Of a DNA stretch of 64,000 nt, positions 1-16,000 are shown piece after piece. The notes under the pieces are model-generated. The model was not told the DNA's origin. It did no database searches and was given only the letters and a program-made list of their open reading frames with translations. The translations under genes and the position numbers were made by a program. Source of the stretch: the human T2T-CHM13v2.0 reference genome, Homo sapiens; the NCBI RefSeq assembly GCF_009914755.1, contig NC_060929.1; one strand, 5' to 3'. Each line of letters begins with the position of its first letter. The first letter of the stretch is position 1.

Positions 1-976
<976 letters not shown>

Positions 977-1274
977 CTAGGGCACTAAATTAGTTATAAA
1001 TTATAGCACACAGATCTTGTAAAAGGAGGTTGGAATAGTCTTACAAAGACACTCATTTCAACTATGACTTAACGTTGTGCTGAGGATCCCAGTCAAGAAT
1101 TCCTCTCATAAAAACAAAAGAAAGGACCCACTTAAACTGATATTCTTTTTTTATAATTGTGTACCTAGAACATTCAACACAATCAACTGACAATATACCA
1201 ACACTATCAAGAGTTTAGTAATCTGACCAAGAACTGTCCTAGATGCCAAAAGAGATGACAGCTAACAGTTTTTG

Positions 1275-1440
1275 AGGGCTATGTACCAGGCACTGAATAA
1301 GGTGTTTTTCACGTATTAACTCCTGAGGGAAGCTGCTATTATTATCCTGACTTTTAAATTTAAAAACTCCTAAGAAACAGAGAGGTTAAATTACTTGTGT
1401 GATGCCACACAGCTAGCAAGTGACAGAGTTTGGCAGTCTT
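1275..1440 (-). mobile_element. MIR fragment
   Basis: Diverged MIR core-like sequence (aaacagagaggttaaattacttg...cacacagctagcaagtgacagag). Confidence 0.55.
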
Positions 1441-1494
1441 TGCACATAACCATTACATTACCCCAACAATAAGCAGTTAGAAAATGTAATAAGT

Positions 1495-1821
<327 letters not shown>

Positions 1822-2888
1822 TCAAGAACCACTCAAACAAACAAACAAAAAACACACACTAGGGAAAATGATTTTAAGAGATATATTTTTAAATATTTAA
1901 AGCAAGACCAAATTGCAATACTCAAAATTATATTACATGGATGTGAATTCTCCAAAACAACAAAAAAAACTTTGGGGATGGGGTGTGCAAAGGAAGCCTT
2001 GCCCTCCAGATAGTCTCATCTTTTGGCCATTTGTCACTTAGGAAATTCTCTGGAGATGGAACTGTGCATGGTGCTCCGGTCATACAAAGATAGCTAAAAT
2101 TCAGGAATCTGGTTAAGCTACTTTGAGAAAAGGTCTTGCAAAAGAGAAAGGATTAATCAGGAACCCCAAATAATGAATGGTAGGCCATGAAATGAAGGGT
2201 TCTGCCACAGCTGTCATCAATGTGACAGCCTGCAGTGGATGAGCAGATCATATCACCACTGTAGCCTTCCACTTACATCAAAGTTGTTGAGCTGAATTCA
2301 ACATATGCTCGAATCCAACTCTCCTTATTTATAGACAAGGAAACTGAGGTCTAGAACAGGCTTCCCTTCCTAGCTCACAAAATTATTTTAAGGCAGAACC
2401 AGAGAGCTAACTAAGCACTCCTCTTCCCCAAGTTTCCTGAAGACCAGTCTGAATATATGTATCCAAATGACTGCACCCATTTAAGCACACTGTATTGAAT
2501 TTATATTTATAGGCTAAGTCAGCGTTTTCCAACCTTCAGACATTCACCTTCCAGCTTATAATTCTGTCATATTCATATATCTCTACTATTACTCACTTTA
2601 TATATTTTTTAAATCTATATACTTCTTTACATAAAGTTAGCTTCATCCTAAGCAACAATATTAATAAAATGATACATGAAATGTGTATTTTTCTAACACA
2701 TTAAGACAAATATGTATCTATTGAAGTTTCAGTGTTTGCATTTGAACCACTCCTCAGAAAAGTAAACCATCCTTTGCTGTATTTGAAAAGATTCTCTCCA
2801 GGTGTTCCAAGGAATTCTAATCTGTTTCATGTTAATGGGTGTTATTGATGAAAGAGTGCTTGATCAAATAAATCTGGGGAATGCTACG

Positions 2889-3206
2889 TTTTTTGTTTGT
2901 TTGTCTGTTTGTTTAGAAACAAGGTCTTGCTCTGTCGCCTAGTCTGGAGCGCAGTGTTGTGATCATAGCTCACTGCAGCCTCAAACTGCTGGGCTCAAGT
3001 GATCCTCCTGCCTCAGCCTCCCAAGTAGCTGAGACTACAAGCGCATGCCACCATACTGGGCTAATTTTTCTTTTACTTTTTGTAGAAATAGGGTCTTGCT
3101 TTGTGGCCCAAGCTAATCTCAAACTCCTGACTTCAAGAGATCCTCCCACCTTGGCCTCCCAAAGTGTTGGGATTACAGGTGTACAGGCATGAGCCACCAC
3201 AACCCA
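2889..3206 (-). mobile_element. Alu (AluJ-like)
   Basis: Antisense Alu with a (TTTG)n tail and J-type features (ctcaaactgctgggctcaagtgatcctcc). Confidence 0.92.
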
Positions 3207-3829
3207 GAATATTTCTCTGATTATTTAAAAACTCAGAGGTAGGGCATGAAAAAAATGTTCCCTAGTGTGAAACACAGGGTGTTCACAACATTGTGCAATG
3301 AGATTCTTCTAACAGGTATAGCACTTATAAGACTTATTTGACCATGAAACCTTTTTTTCTAGACAGTATTAGTAAGGATAACACGTTCTAAGCTGTATTA
3401 ATTTTCAGAGATTTTGTTTTTCTTTTTGACCCCATAAATGATATAAGTAGATACTGTGTATAATAATTTACACTATATCCCTATTAGCATATTCAGAATA
3501 TTTTATGGTAGAAAAAAAATGAGTAGAAAAGCATAATATTTCCTCTTGTCATTTTTAAAGTGTCAGCCTCTTGGAGAAAAGTGACACACCTTGTTCAGAA
3601 TGAAACATCTGCATTAAACTTGGGAATTCTAAAATAATACAAATAAATTTTAATAAGTTATCCAGATAGCCTACATTAGTAAGGCTTTCCATTCATGTTT
3701 GTTTTTGTTGTCTTGGGGACTTCTAAACTTCTAGGTGGAACTTTAAGAGTGACATGCCCATAATATCACATTTAATCTGTGGGTGTGACTGGGAGACAAT
3801 GTATTACTCACCCATTTACAACCCATTAG

Positions 3830-3940
3830 TTTCCTCTTTCTTTCTCTCTTTTTCTCTCTTTCTCCCTCTCTCTTCCTTTCCTTTCTCCCTTCCCTTCCTC
3901 CTTTCCCTTTTCTTTCTCCCTTTCTCTCTTCTCTTTCTTC
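3830..3940. repeat. CT-rich low-complexity tract
   Basis: About 110 bp of nearly pure pyrimidines. Confidence 0.85.
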
Positions 3941-4555
3941 AATGTTTTGATATAAAAAACTGAAAAGGATATTTATTGCATTTCTATCTTTAAGTATATT
4001 TGTGTTATCACAGGAAAAACATCTCATAGTTAACAAACTAATGCTTTAAAGCCAAAATATATGAATATTTCTGTCTAGTGCACTTTTAGTTAAAATTAAG
4101 AACTAAGATTCAAGGCAAAGAAATGCTGTAATACTCTTGATTCAGTATTCATGTTAGTGAAACTAAGTACAGTAGTACACTAATAAGGGAGGAAGAATAG
4201 TGATGTGTTAAGGACAAAGTGTTTTATCATCCGGCCATACACCAATTTACAGACCATCTCAAGTATGCTACTCTTAAATACTTTTTTTTCCAGCAACCAA
4301 AGTTTCAATATATTCTTTTCTACACCTTACAAAAATTATCAAATTTTAGAGCAGATTTTTATTCTTAGAAATGCTTTTTATTCTCTAATTCACAAATATT
4401 TATTAATTAAAAAGTTGTGTTCTTCTGAGATTCCTCACCAATCCATGGGGTCAGTTAGATATTTGGGGAGTTGTTCAGCTCTTACAAATACCCACATTTG
4501 ACACTAATGCACTGCAACAGAATAACCTGAGTAAGCTTGATTCTCTGAAATAGTC

Positions 4556-4697
4556 AGAGGAACAGAAAAAACAACTATTAGGTACTAGGCTTAGTACCTA
4601 GGTGCCGAAATAATCTGTAAAACAAGACCCCGTGACACGAGTTTACCTATATAACAAACCTATGCATGTACCCTTCAACCTAAAAGTTTAAAAAAAT
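4556..4697 (+). mobile_element. L1 3'-terminal fragment (older L1PA/L1PB-like)
   Basis: aactattaggtactaggcttagtacctaggtg...tatataacaaacctatgcatgtaccc...taaaagtttaaaaaaa matches an L1 3' UTR end. Confidence 0.8.
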
Positions 4698-5793
4698 AGA
4701 GTTTTCTCTCCTCTCTGGTTATAGAGTCAATTGTGCACTGCACTGCATTTATAATGAGGAAATAAACAGCATAGTCTTTTAGTACGGGAGGTAAACAAGA
4801 GTTAACTTGTATAAATGTAATTTAAAATGTGTATTCTACTTAATACATGAGAACTATTAAAATACATGTGCATCAAAAACAAAAGAAAAAATAGAAATAA
4901 TAAATGTCTGATCCTTCAGCAGAATATTTCCCAAAGAGCTCTATTATGTAGCAAACTTCTATGCCATAAGTTTTAAATGATTCCATTTTTCAAATATTCA
5001 TTTCTGTGTATATTTAAACATCATAGAGTGTCTACTGAGTAGAGTTAAGTTTTAATAATTGCAATTCATCTTTTTTAAAAATAATTTACTCTCCATTTGG
5101 CTTCTAAAATTTTATTGCAGTATTTAGAAGATTTAGTTAGTTTCTAATAGCTGAAAACCTTCAGACTTCAATGTCACAGTTTGACCCAAATGCACATGGT
5201 TCCTGCCCTCTTCAGTTTGTGTCCTGCTGCTTCCAAATGACAAATGTGGGCACTTTGTGTAAAGGCATTGATTACACTGTTAGATAGATTCTAGACATGC
5301 TTATTAAAAAGGCATCTTTTATAGGTGAATATGCCTTGCAGGATCTTGTATCCTAGGTGAGGTTATTTTCATAGTTACATATTTAATGATAATAATAACT
5401 TGCATCTATGCCACTTTCATATTCTCTTGGCACCAAGTTTGCCTTCCAAAGCAAACTTTGACTAAAGATCTTCAGGGCTCATCCTTAGTTGCATAGGCAA
5501 AGAAGTTCTCATACATACAACCATCACACATTTGCAAAACCACCATTTATTAGGGTCTCTTAGAATGAATTCTGTACACATCTATGCTAAAGATGGAAAA
5601 GACGTTTCACTTCTTATGCATCAGTAGATGGGTAGTGGGGCCCTCAGAGGAAGCAGTGGGGTTGTTGATCAGCAATACCTACAATGTGTTTAGGAAGAAG
5701 GGGAGGGGCAGATGATGTATTGCTCCCTATCCCCATTTGTCATCCCTGAGTTAAAACTTTCTCTCCCATAGCCATTTCCACCCCATCTCCCAC

Positions 5794-5795
5794 AA

Positions 5796-5821
<26 letters not shown>
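5794..5821. repeat. Poly(A) run (~A28)
   Basis: Mononucleotide run. Confidence 0.9.
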
Positions 5822-5826
<5 letters not shown>

Positions 5827-6794
5827 CTAAAGAATGCAGATTTTCTTACTGACTTTACATCCTGATAGAGCAATAGATGATAAAGCTCGTGTTCTTATGG
5901 AGCCTAAAAAAGTCTCATAGTATATATACTACTGCCTGTTAGTGCTGAAACCATGAATAAGCATGTGTGAGCTGTTTAGTGATAAAAAGAGAGCAGAGAT
6001 TTGGGCTATTAGAGGTGATCCTGGCAGTGACATCTGTTGACAGAACTGGGAAGTTAGATTACACCAATAAAAACTGACAGCATAAGGAAAGGGGACCTTC
6101 AGGAAGTTACTTTGCCTGATCTTCCACTCATCACACTAGACCACCTCCCTGTAGCTGGGTAGTTAGGCAACCACTCTCTTGTCCTCCTTCCTTCTTTCAA
6201 AAGCCCAGTTCATTCCTCTGCAAAATGGAACAATCATGCGTGGAGGTTTACCATAGGCTTAACTAAGATAAATATTAAGGGCTTAGTACAATCCTTGGCA
6301 GATAGTTTGCACTTGTTCTGTGTTTTTTCATGATATTGACACAACTGTTCACTTCATCACTATGTACAGGCTCAACCTAAGCAGGAAAGTTGATTTCCGC
6401 ATGTGTTTGGGAACAGAATAAGCCAAGGCTTCACAAGGAAATATTTAAACATTTAAACGTCATAGAAATTATTACCAATCCCCTTGGCAGTTGCTGCAAT
6501 GGTAAGTTAACCCCACATGAAATAGAAAATTAAAATAAGTAGCTATAAGATTAAATCAGAAATACTGTGAAACATTTTCTGCTTCCTGTTTCTGGTACCC
6601 GCTTCCTGAGGGCACAGGGATGGGCGGTAGGTGGCTAGACTGAATATACCATTATTATTCAGGGAAGTTTCACCTTTATTCCTTTATTGAAATGGGGTGG
6701 CTTTTGTTCTTTCGTGTTTTAAGGAATGGGGTGAGGAGTTTAGGAATGGGACAGTATAACTCAGTGGTCAGTAACATACACACTCTGCCATAGC

Positions 6795-6935
6795 ACTTAT
6801 GAGTTTGTGACCTTAGAAAAATTACTTAACTTCTCTCCATCTCAGTATCCTCATTTGTAAAACAGGCGGAGAAATTCACTAAAAGCCTTTTCACATTGCC
6901 TGGTACGTGGTGAGTGCTTAATCATGTTAGCTACT
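6795..6935 (+). mobile_element. MIR fragment
   Basis: MIR core tgtgaccttagaaaaattacttaacttctctc..ctcagtatcctcatttgtaaaa. Confidence 0.7.
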
Positions 6936-7200
6936 GAAGTTGGTAAACAGTGAGAAATGAAGGAAAGAATGGAAAGAGAGAAAAAAGAAATAGGAGAAGG
7001 GAAAGAAGGAGTAAAGCTCTGCTTGGCTTAGCTCTGCAAATCATTTTGGACAGGTGTCTAGAGTCCTGGTTGTCTACATTCCCGGGTTTGCTGATTCAGG
7101 GCTCAATACATGACTGCTATTCTAAGGCAGAATGGTGGGGCCACCACTGTCATAGAGCACTTTCTTAAGGAAAGGGCTGTATGAAAAGGAAGTTCCCCAT

Positions 7201-7350
7201 GTCAGGTGCAGTAGCTTATGCCTGTAGTCCCAACATTTTGGGAGGGCAAAGTGGGAGGATAGTTTGAGTCTACAAGTTTAAGATCAGCCTTGGCAACATA
7301 GTGAGACCTCGTCTCTACAAATAATAAAAAAAAAATTTAATTAAAAAAAA
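7201..7350 (+). mobile_element. Free left Alu monomer (FLAM-like)
   Basis: A single left-arm monomer followed by an A-rich tail. Confidence 0.85.
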
Positions 7351-8380
7351 GGAAGCTCCCAAGAGTGACCCTTGAAATGAATTCTAGGAAAGCTTTTATC
7401 ATTATTATGGGTGGAAAGGAAAATGAGATGTTAGCATCTGCCCCAAGCTTAAAATGTCACCACAATTAACACGGTAGCTCGTTGACACTGGCTCTGCAAA
7501 GGAAATTATTCCCCCAAGCCTCTAAAAGCAAACAAGCACCCCCTCACCCTGCAACCATTACACAGAAATCTAGGAATTACCTGGACAGAACTGAACACTT
7601 TCTGATAAATATGGTTTTCATAAAGCTACAGAAATCTCAGGTATTTCTCTCCAAAAGTGAATGTGCTTGTTCAAATTTGTAAAAGGTAGACTTGATCCTC
7701 TAACCCTTTTGTACAAATCTCATCTCATAAAAACAGGAAGAAAGTCAAATGCAAAAATATGTTTTGTCAAATTCCAAAGAGAGTAACCTCACCCTGAAAA
7801 AAATGCCAAGGGAAAATGTTTAAGATACATAAGTAAAATACTCATGGAAGAACTGACTGCTATCGAAATTTAAGTTGAACACAGTTCAATTCGTTTCAGA
7901 GTAAATCACATTTTAGGCAATGTACCGCCTTCGTATTTTTTCAAATCCCTGCAGCAGTGATGGGATATGATCAGAGACTAAGACATATCATTAAGATAGC
8001 AAGATAATTTTGAGAAGTGTATGCTGTTCTTTCAGCCACCAAAATTTCACAAATTTATGAGTTCTTAACAACTGACACTTTTACATTAATTCAGGATTGA
8101 GAGAAAAAAGTCTACATTTGATTTCTCAGCCCTCAAATTAGATGTCTTCAACAGGCACTTCTATTTGGTTAGATTAAACAAGTTAATCTTTCTACAGATC
8201 TGCTTTAGGCAAATTTTATGGCTCTTTTAACATACGATCAATAATTTTCTAGAAAAACATAGTCAAAATAATTTGGCATCAGAAAAACTTATAGTAACAA
8301 ACATGCTATTCATATGAAAAATCAAATCTCCTTTCTTGTTACATCACTGTAGCTTTTAAAAAGAAAAAAATGCATAAGTT

Positions 8381-8713
<333 letters not shown>

Positions 8714-9469
8714 TCATTTATTTCGAAGGAGCTGACTTTCCTCAGACTTTCATACCTTCAGATCTTCTTAAACTGCAGCAGAGTTTTAACTCTTGAGTTT
8801 CCTCTGTGATCTGAACCCATTAACCTGGAAGGCAAGGAGCACACCAGGCCTAAAACTAATTCTTGGCTTGAGTTTCAACAGATGGTGAAGTTAGTATTAT
8901 CGTCAGAAAACAACCCTACTTCATCTCTCCTCCCCACCAGTTATGAGATTTGGACTTCTGTTGCAGGAGTTCACTATGCAACACGGTTAAGTGACAGATT
9001 CTCTTGAGTCATGAGTTCCTCTTTTCAAACTTGAACAGTTTCCCATATTTCAAAGCTCCTCACTCAGACATATTCAGTTCCTAGTTTCCTCAAGATGCAC
9101 TCTCTGAATTCCCAGAAACGTTCTGTGCTCCAGTTCTTGGCCTGAAGGATCTCAACCGTCTTCTCTGAGGCATCAGACAGAGTAGATATGAGGCCTGGAG
9201 CCAGAAAGTGCTTACTGCTTCCTGTTCTTAGGTTGGAAAAGAATCTGTTCTTGTTAACAAGAGAGGTATTTTGAAGAGAAACAAACAATACCCTTCTTCA
9301 GAATGTGCCACTTCCTCAGAATGTCCATTCCTAATCTCAAATCTAAAGGAAATCTGTCCTGTTCTTTTCTTTCATGGTATTGATCAGAGTGTTTAAATGT
9401 ATATTTGTGTGTGTTTATTTGTACATTTGATGTCCGTTTCCCTTTCTGGACTGAAAGCTTTCCCCTATT

Positions 9470-9595
9470 GCACGGTAAGCTATATGAGGGCAGGGACTGT
9501 TTATTTTATTCAATGAGCAAACTCAGAGGCTAGCACAGAGTTATACGCAGTTGACTCTCCATAAACATTTGTTGAATGGATGAATGAATGGAAAG
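9470..9595 (+). mobile_element. L2 3' end fragment
   Basis: tgagggcagggactgt...ataaacatttgttgaatggatgaatgaatg is a typical L2 tail. Confidence 0.65.
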
Positions 9596-11516
9596 ATGAA
9601 AGGCAGAAATTTCTGTGGTTGGCCAGTTCAAGCACAATGAGTATACCAGGCAAATGCCCCCTGCTCACTAGAGAATGAAAACATCACGCTTCTCTGTGTT
9701 CTAGGTCAACTGGAGAGAACTATGTCTGAAAATGCATGAGGAACATGTTTATTGGTGGGGTGAGGGCAGTGACATGTGCCCATGCCTCTTCAGGTTAGGT
9801 GTGTATCTACATGTATATAGGTATTATAAGCAAAGAGATTGTTGTGAGACTAGCTGCAAAATGGAACTTGTATGGAACACAAAGATCCAAGGGGTTAATT
9901 TCTTGAATGCTCATGCCACTCTTGCTGTGCCAAGGATTGTGCTAGAGCACTAGCAGTCTTTTCAGGACAGGGTCCCAGATGTGCCCAAGATGAGCTGATG
10001 CCAGGGAAATGGACTCCATAGCTATAGTCTCTGACAGGGCAACCTGAGTCCTTTGTCAAAGAGCAGCTTCCTTCCTGAACACATCTTTGCTTACAAAGAC
10101 ACTTGTTCTTTTTCTTTCCACTTTAACTGAAAAAGTCCCCCTCTCAACTCTCCCTCCCACCCCACCCCCTTAATGCCACCATATCCATTCCTTGTTTCCA
10201 GGCAAATTCGCATTCATCTCTCCAAATAAATGTGCCTCTGTTTTTCTTACAGACATCTCAAAATAAAAAATTAGCAACATATTCTAGGAGAAAACCAGAT
10301 GAATTCTGTGTCTGGGGTAAAATTCACTAATTTTCCTCTGTAATAGCTACACTGTAATTACATAGTCAATACTAAATGTGCCCCTAAGCAATCATCTTAC
10401 TGAATTTATGCAGTATAAGCAGGCAACAGAAATCATCTCACTGAAAGTAATTCTTTCCTTCTCATCAAAAGGAAGGGAGGGGTTGTCTAAGTTATCTAAC
10501 TAATTATCTTAATTCCTTCTTTGTGGTTATGTCCACAACCAGTCTTTGGATTTCTGGGGTTAGGCCCAGGCAAAAATAAGTTCCATCAAAGTTATATATA
10601 TTCAATTTATCACAATGCCCTCTAAACACGTTATGGTCAAAAACTAATTATACAATCATAAGAAGTGAATTTTGAAAATATAACTAATAATAGGCTAATA
10701 TTTTTAATGTTTTAATACGTACTAGACATCTTATTTGTATTACGTTACTTAACCTTTAAAAGGACCCATTTAATGAAAACTCCCTTTTACTAAGCCTTAG
10801 GCAACTTACTTACTATGGCCTTGAACCCAGATTATCTCTAGCCCAAAGGCAATGATGTTGAGGGAGAAAAAAGAGGACTAAGAGTTATGTGGCTCAAGGT
10901 CTAGTTTGGGTTAAGATACATAGAGGTTAGGGGTACAGGTTTGGGGATCAAAGAGACCTAGATTAAAATCTTTGCTCTGCCATTTATCAGAACTGTGATC
11001 TTAGAGAGTTTACTCAATTTCTCTGTCCTAGGTAGGCTTATTATTTGCAAGCAACAGAAACTGAGCATGGTTAATATAAGCAGGAAAGTAATTTATTGGA
11101 AAGACAACCAATTACACAAAGAATCAACAGGAAGGCTGCCAGCAGGAAATTCAGGCATGGTCACACCATCCTAACCAAGTAGTAGTTAGCATGCCTCAAC
11201 CAACAGCCATTATCACTGCAGGACCCTTGACACCACAAACCCCAGACATACTGCTGCTGTGAATGACTTCTGAAATTGCTCTTACGTCTTTGCGCCACTC
11301 CTTCAAGATTAAATTTCTAAACAGTGGTATCTGATAAGTCAAGCAAAGGTCATATGCTCAAGCCGTGGCAGAGGATGGAAGGAGAAAATCCAGCCCATTT
11401 AGCTTCTCTCATGGCAGGCTAGGTCTTGCCTCCAAATAATATTATGCAATGGAGGATTCTTACTAATAGAAAAGGAGTTCAGCTGCTGGGCAGCCTTTCA
11501 AAACTGACAACACCTG

Positions 11517-11814
11517 GGCTGGGTGTGGTGGCTAACCCCTGTAATCCCATCGCTTTGTGAGGTGGAGGCTTGTGGATCGCCTGAGCCCAGGAGTTCGAGA
11601 CCAGCCTGAGCAACATGGGGTAACTCCATCTCCACAAAAAAATACAAAAATTAGCCAGGCATAGTGGCACCTGCCTGTAGTCCCGGCTTACTTGGGAAGC
11701 TGAGGTTCACTGGACCCCAGGAGGTGGAGGTTGCAGTGAGCCAAGATCGCCCCACTGCACTCCAGTCTGGGGGACAGATTGGGACCCTGCCACAAAAAAA
11801 AAGAAAAAAAAAAA
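11517..11814 (+). mobile_element. Alu (AluJ-like)
   Basis: Dimer with gagcccaggagttcgagaccagcctgagcaac and an A tail. Confidence 0.92.
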
Positions 11815-12074
11815 CACTCCCAGCATTCGTTAACCAAACTTTGATTTGCTCATCTGTGAAATGGGCATCTGACTGCCTAGTACCTTCCTCATAGGTTTGC
11901 TGTGAGAATTTGACAGCGTATGCATGTTGCAGTTAGCATGATGTCTCACATAGGCTGAGCATTGGATAAATTTCAGCTATTCTTACTAATTCTTGTGACT
12001 CTCAGCAAGCCACATAGAATCTCTGTGCCCACATTCTCACTCACTGAAGGAAGATTACATCAACCATACTAAAT

Positions 12075-12440
12075 TAGTCAGCATAGGCTAACTGCTGAAA
12101 CAAGGGACCCCTCAAATCTCAGTGCATTATTTCTCATTCACTTCATTGTCCAGTGAGGGTTGCTGGGATTGGAATGAGGTCCATACAGGCACTCAGAGGC
12201 CAAGTCACCTTCTATCTAGTGGCTCTGCCATATACCCGGGACCTGTATTATGTTGGCAGAGGACGAACAATAGCACAAATGACTGGGTTTTATAGGGACC
12301 CAGCCTGGAAGTGGCATATATCAATTCTACCTCTATTCCATTGGCCAGAATTCAGTCACATGAGCTGCACCTAACCACAAGAAGTCAGTTTGGGAAATAA
12401 TACGCAGCTATGTGTTCCAGAGGAAATGGAAACAAGATTT
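12075..12440 (-). mobile_element. Old ERVL-MaLR LTR (MLT1J/K-like)
   Basis: Motif ttccattggccagaattcagtcacatg..cacctaaccacaag resembles the MLT1 J/K group; boundaries approximate. Confidence 0.55.
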
Positions 12441-12744
12441 GGTGCAACACAGCAGACTCTGTCACACCTACCTAACCTCCTCAGAGGGTTGCTAATAAAA
12501 GCGCATGTGAACACCAAGTGTGAAACTGCTATGGAAAGTGATAAACTAACATGAGCTACAGGTGATGCTGCTGCTATTGATTAAGCCAGGGAGTTTCTGT
12601 GCATCCTCCACATTGCTAAAACATACAGCAATTTGGGTATGAGAAGAAACCGAAATATAATCAGAAGGTCCTTCCTCCTGTAGGGGAGACTCTTTAACTA
12701 GTAAGGCTTTATTTCTCCACTTGTATCTTCAAAAATGGGCCACT

Positions 12745-13038
12745 CTGGGAGCGGTGACTCACGCCTGTAATCCCAGCACTTTGGGAAGCCGAAGGGGGTG
12801 GATCACAAGGTCAGGAGTTCGAGACCAGCCTGGCCAATATGGTGAAACCCCATCTCTACTAAAAATACAAAATTAGCCAGGCAAGGTGGCACATGCCTGT
12901 AATCTCAGCTACTAGGGAGGCTGAGACAGGAGAATTGCTTGAATCCAGGAGGCGGAGGTTGCAGTGAGCCAAGTTGCACCACTGCACTCCAGCCTGGGCG
13001 ACAGAGCGAGAATCTGTCTCAAAAAAAAAAAAAAAAAA
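12745..13038 (+). mobile_element. Alu (AluSg/Sx-like)
   Basis: Full dimer with an A18 tail; GGCCACT repeated on both flanks. Confidence 0.95.
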
Positions 13039-16000
13039 GGCCACTGCAGGTAAATAATCTCCTTTCTTTGCCCATTGGTCCAATCCACATGGGCGTGTGG
13101 TGAAACTGGAGGGAAAAAAAGGGAGCGAGCAGAATAAAAGAGCAGAAAGCTATTACTTTGAGGAGTGTAATTGTCAGAGCAGGCTGTCAGAGCAGCCTGA
13201 AGCAATCACTCAGTAGGGGCCAGCCTCCACAGCAGTAATTTATCACCACATGAAGATGTTGGGGAGTTAATCACAGCACTGACATGTGTCAGCTCCAGGC
13301 ATTGGGCTCAGCATAAACTTCATGCTTAGAAAATGAAAATAATTAAGAGGGCACACATTTGAAATGTACCACTAAAAAGGGAAGGCAGTCATCTTAGGGT
13401 CAGGTGAATGCCATGTTTGTAATCCACTAAACCAACTGGAAGAGCCTGTGGAGGGCAAATGTGTCCAAGGGTACTTTGCTATTTGTACCTGATAGATGCC
13501 TTTCACACTGTTTTGAGTCTCTGCATGGCCTGTCATGAAAGAGAAAAGCAAACACAATTTGCACAGGCTTTGCTACATGAATATTAGTGCTTCAGGAATG
13601 CTCTAAGATCCTGCCAGCTGCGGCTCAGGAAGGGGTCCAGGCCAGATCTGACTCATCCTGCTGCCTTCCTCCTGGAAATGATCCCCTTTCTCACCCCACT
13701 CCTGCTGGCTGAGCCCAGGTCCTGTCTGTCCCATATTTCCTTTGATCCAAGGAAAACTAAAAGTGGTTACTAGCTCCCAAGCGGCCTTTGTTTATAAATG
13801 GGTTCCCACCTTAATATGTTTACTCAAAAAACTCGTCAAATAATTAGCTATAACAGAGCAATCAAACTGATCAAACAGTTCTTGGAGTAGTTCAAACCTT
13901 CAGAGAGTTATTTAATGACAGTTTTAAATAACTGAACTGGGGTCTTCCAGCATAGAGAAGTAGGGATTGTGGCAGAAACTGCGAGGGAGAATTTTAAAAG
14001 TGCTTAGAATAAAAATCTTTTCATTGAAAAAAAATGACAAGAATTGCCCACATAATTATGGCAATTTTTCCTTTCCTTTTGCAATGCAAATTCCTGGCAG
14101 AGTGTAAGAGAAACTGAGCTCCACTGTCCCAGTTTTTCAAACTAAGAAAATAAAATAATTTGCTACCTAAACTTTCAACTTCTACTTTTGAAAGCTAAAT
14201 TTAAGTTTTAAGAATCGTACAACAAAAGAGACTACAGATAAACCTCATTACAATTTTTTAGTATTGAGCATTAGGTTATTTATTTTCCTTCTTCCTAAAG
14301 CTACTGTAGAAAGAAAATTCAAAGGACTAGTAAGAAAAATAGCTCAATTGATAACAAGTCTGATTTGTCAATGACATGCTAATACCTGTAACAGTTACTA
14401 ATTATCTCAGCAGTGTGTCTCAGTTTTTATATTTAATATATTCTTCATCATTCTTAAATTAATAAATAGCAACCAATTGTTTTCTCTTTTACAAGCTTCA
14501 TATGGAAAGAAAATTGAAAAAAAAAATTTGTATTAGCAGAAAGTGAATATAAGGGACTTCCCAACCTCCCCTCCATATATTTACTGACAAGCAACTGACA
14601 TGAGTGATAGCAAAGCAATGTGGTTAGTGAGGAATGGCGCAGAGTGTGCAGTTTCCTTTTTTCTAATGTTGATTTGTTTTCTGTGCTGACACAATCCTAG
14701 AGGTTACTGTTCAAAGGAAGCATCGACAACAGAAGTGATTAGAGTACTGATTAAAAGAAGATTTTTAAGAAAATGACCAATCACCATCAATCTTAATATT
14801 GGCTAACAAATGTGTATTTTTCTTTCTCATATTATTAAGTAAATAGTATAAACAGAATAATTCTTTATTAGTATATCCATATAGTGCCTTTTGCAAGTAA
14901 ATATGATTCTGGATATTTTATGACCTGTAATTACTTGAAATCGGAAAGCCCTTTTAGTTTCTCTTATTACCCATGTGTTGCTGAGACTAACTGAAGAACC
15001 AGTTAGGAGGTTTGTTCGTTCACGAAATAACATTTAAGAAATGGGTACCTGCTTATCACATAAAAGAATCCAGTTATTTACTTACCCTGTGAGGAGACAT
15101 AATATGTTAGAATGCTTGTACACTGCAGATGGGAAGAGGTTTTTCCAGGAATTTAAATTGTGCAATAAGGCCACACAATCTTACTTAAAAAAAATGGTGA
15201 AGGGGTTTTAATTACACCATGAAGTTTTACAATTTTTTAGGTTTTTAGTTCTGGTTTTAGAAAACAGAGTAGAAGGATTACAGAGAAAAACTTCACCATT
15301 AGACAAGAAGTCAAAATGATTCTAAGGGCCGCGCAAACAGGCTTTTCCAAGAATTAATCATGAGGTGGTGCTTGGAGAATTCCTTTACTCCAGTGACTTT
15401 GAAACCCCCTTCTCACTCTCCACTAGTCTTTCAAAGGATTCATGGTGAATTGGGTCTAACGAGTATAACACGGCCGGCCGAAGGCATGAAGCTCACGCTA
15501 CCCTTTCAGGGCGGAGAAGTTCCCAGGAGGAAGAATGGAGAAAAAGATCGCAGTTAGGCAGTCCTCCCAACCTCACCAAGGCTCCACCTCTCTCCAAAGC
15601 CGCAAGGCTCTGCCACCTGCGCCGGGAGAGGCTGCAATCACTGTCTCCTCCTCTTTCTTTCTCTTTTTTTTTTTTCTTTTTTGCCTGGGGTGCCCGACCA
15701 AGCGCAGCCCGCAGTCTGGGCACTGCCAACTGACTCCAACTCCTTTTATGGTGAGAGGATGGATTCTTCGTTATTTCCCCGCCCAATCTGGTACCCACCC
15801 ACCCACCCACCTACCACGTCCGCTGGGCGCACCCAAGTCTAACCCCGGGGCGCACGCGCTAGCGCAGACACCGTATTTCTCCTCCTTTCTCGGCCAACCC
15901 TAGGTAGAATCCTAAAACAACTGCCCTCTCTTCCACGATCTAGATGTTGCGGCCCGCGGACAGGAGGTTCAAGAAATAGTACACTCCGAGCGGCAGGCAG

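Noticed and set aside
4579-4600. Inverted repeat TAGGTACT-AGGCTT-AGTACCTA
   Set aside because: Lies within an L1 3' UTR fragment and looks like ordinary family sequence
11030-11450. Possible ancient LTR remnant (ttgcaagcaacagaaac...atttattggaaag)
   Set aside because: Resemblance too weak to assign a family or boundaries by eye
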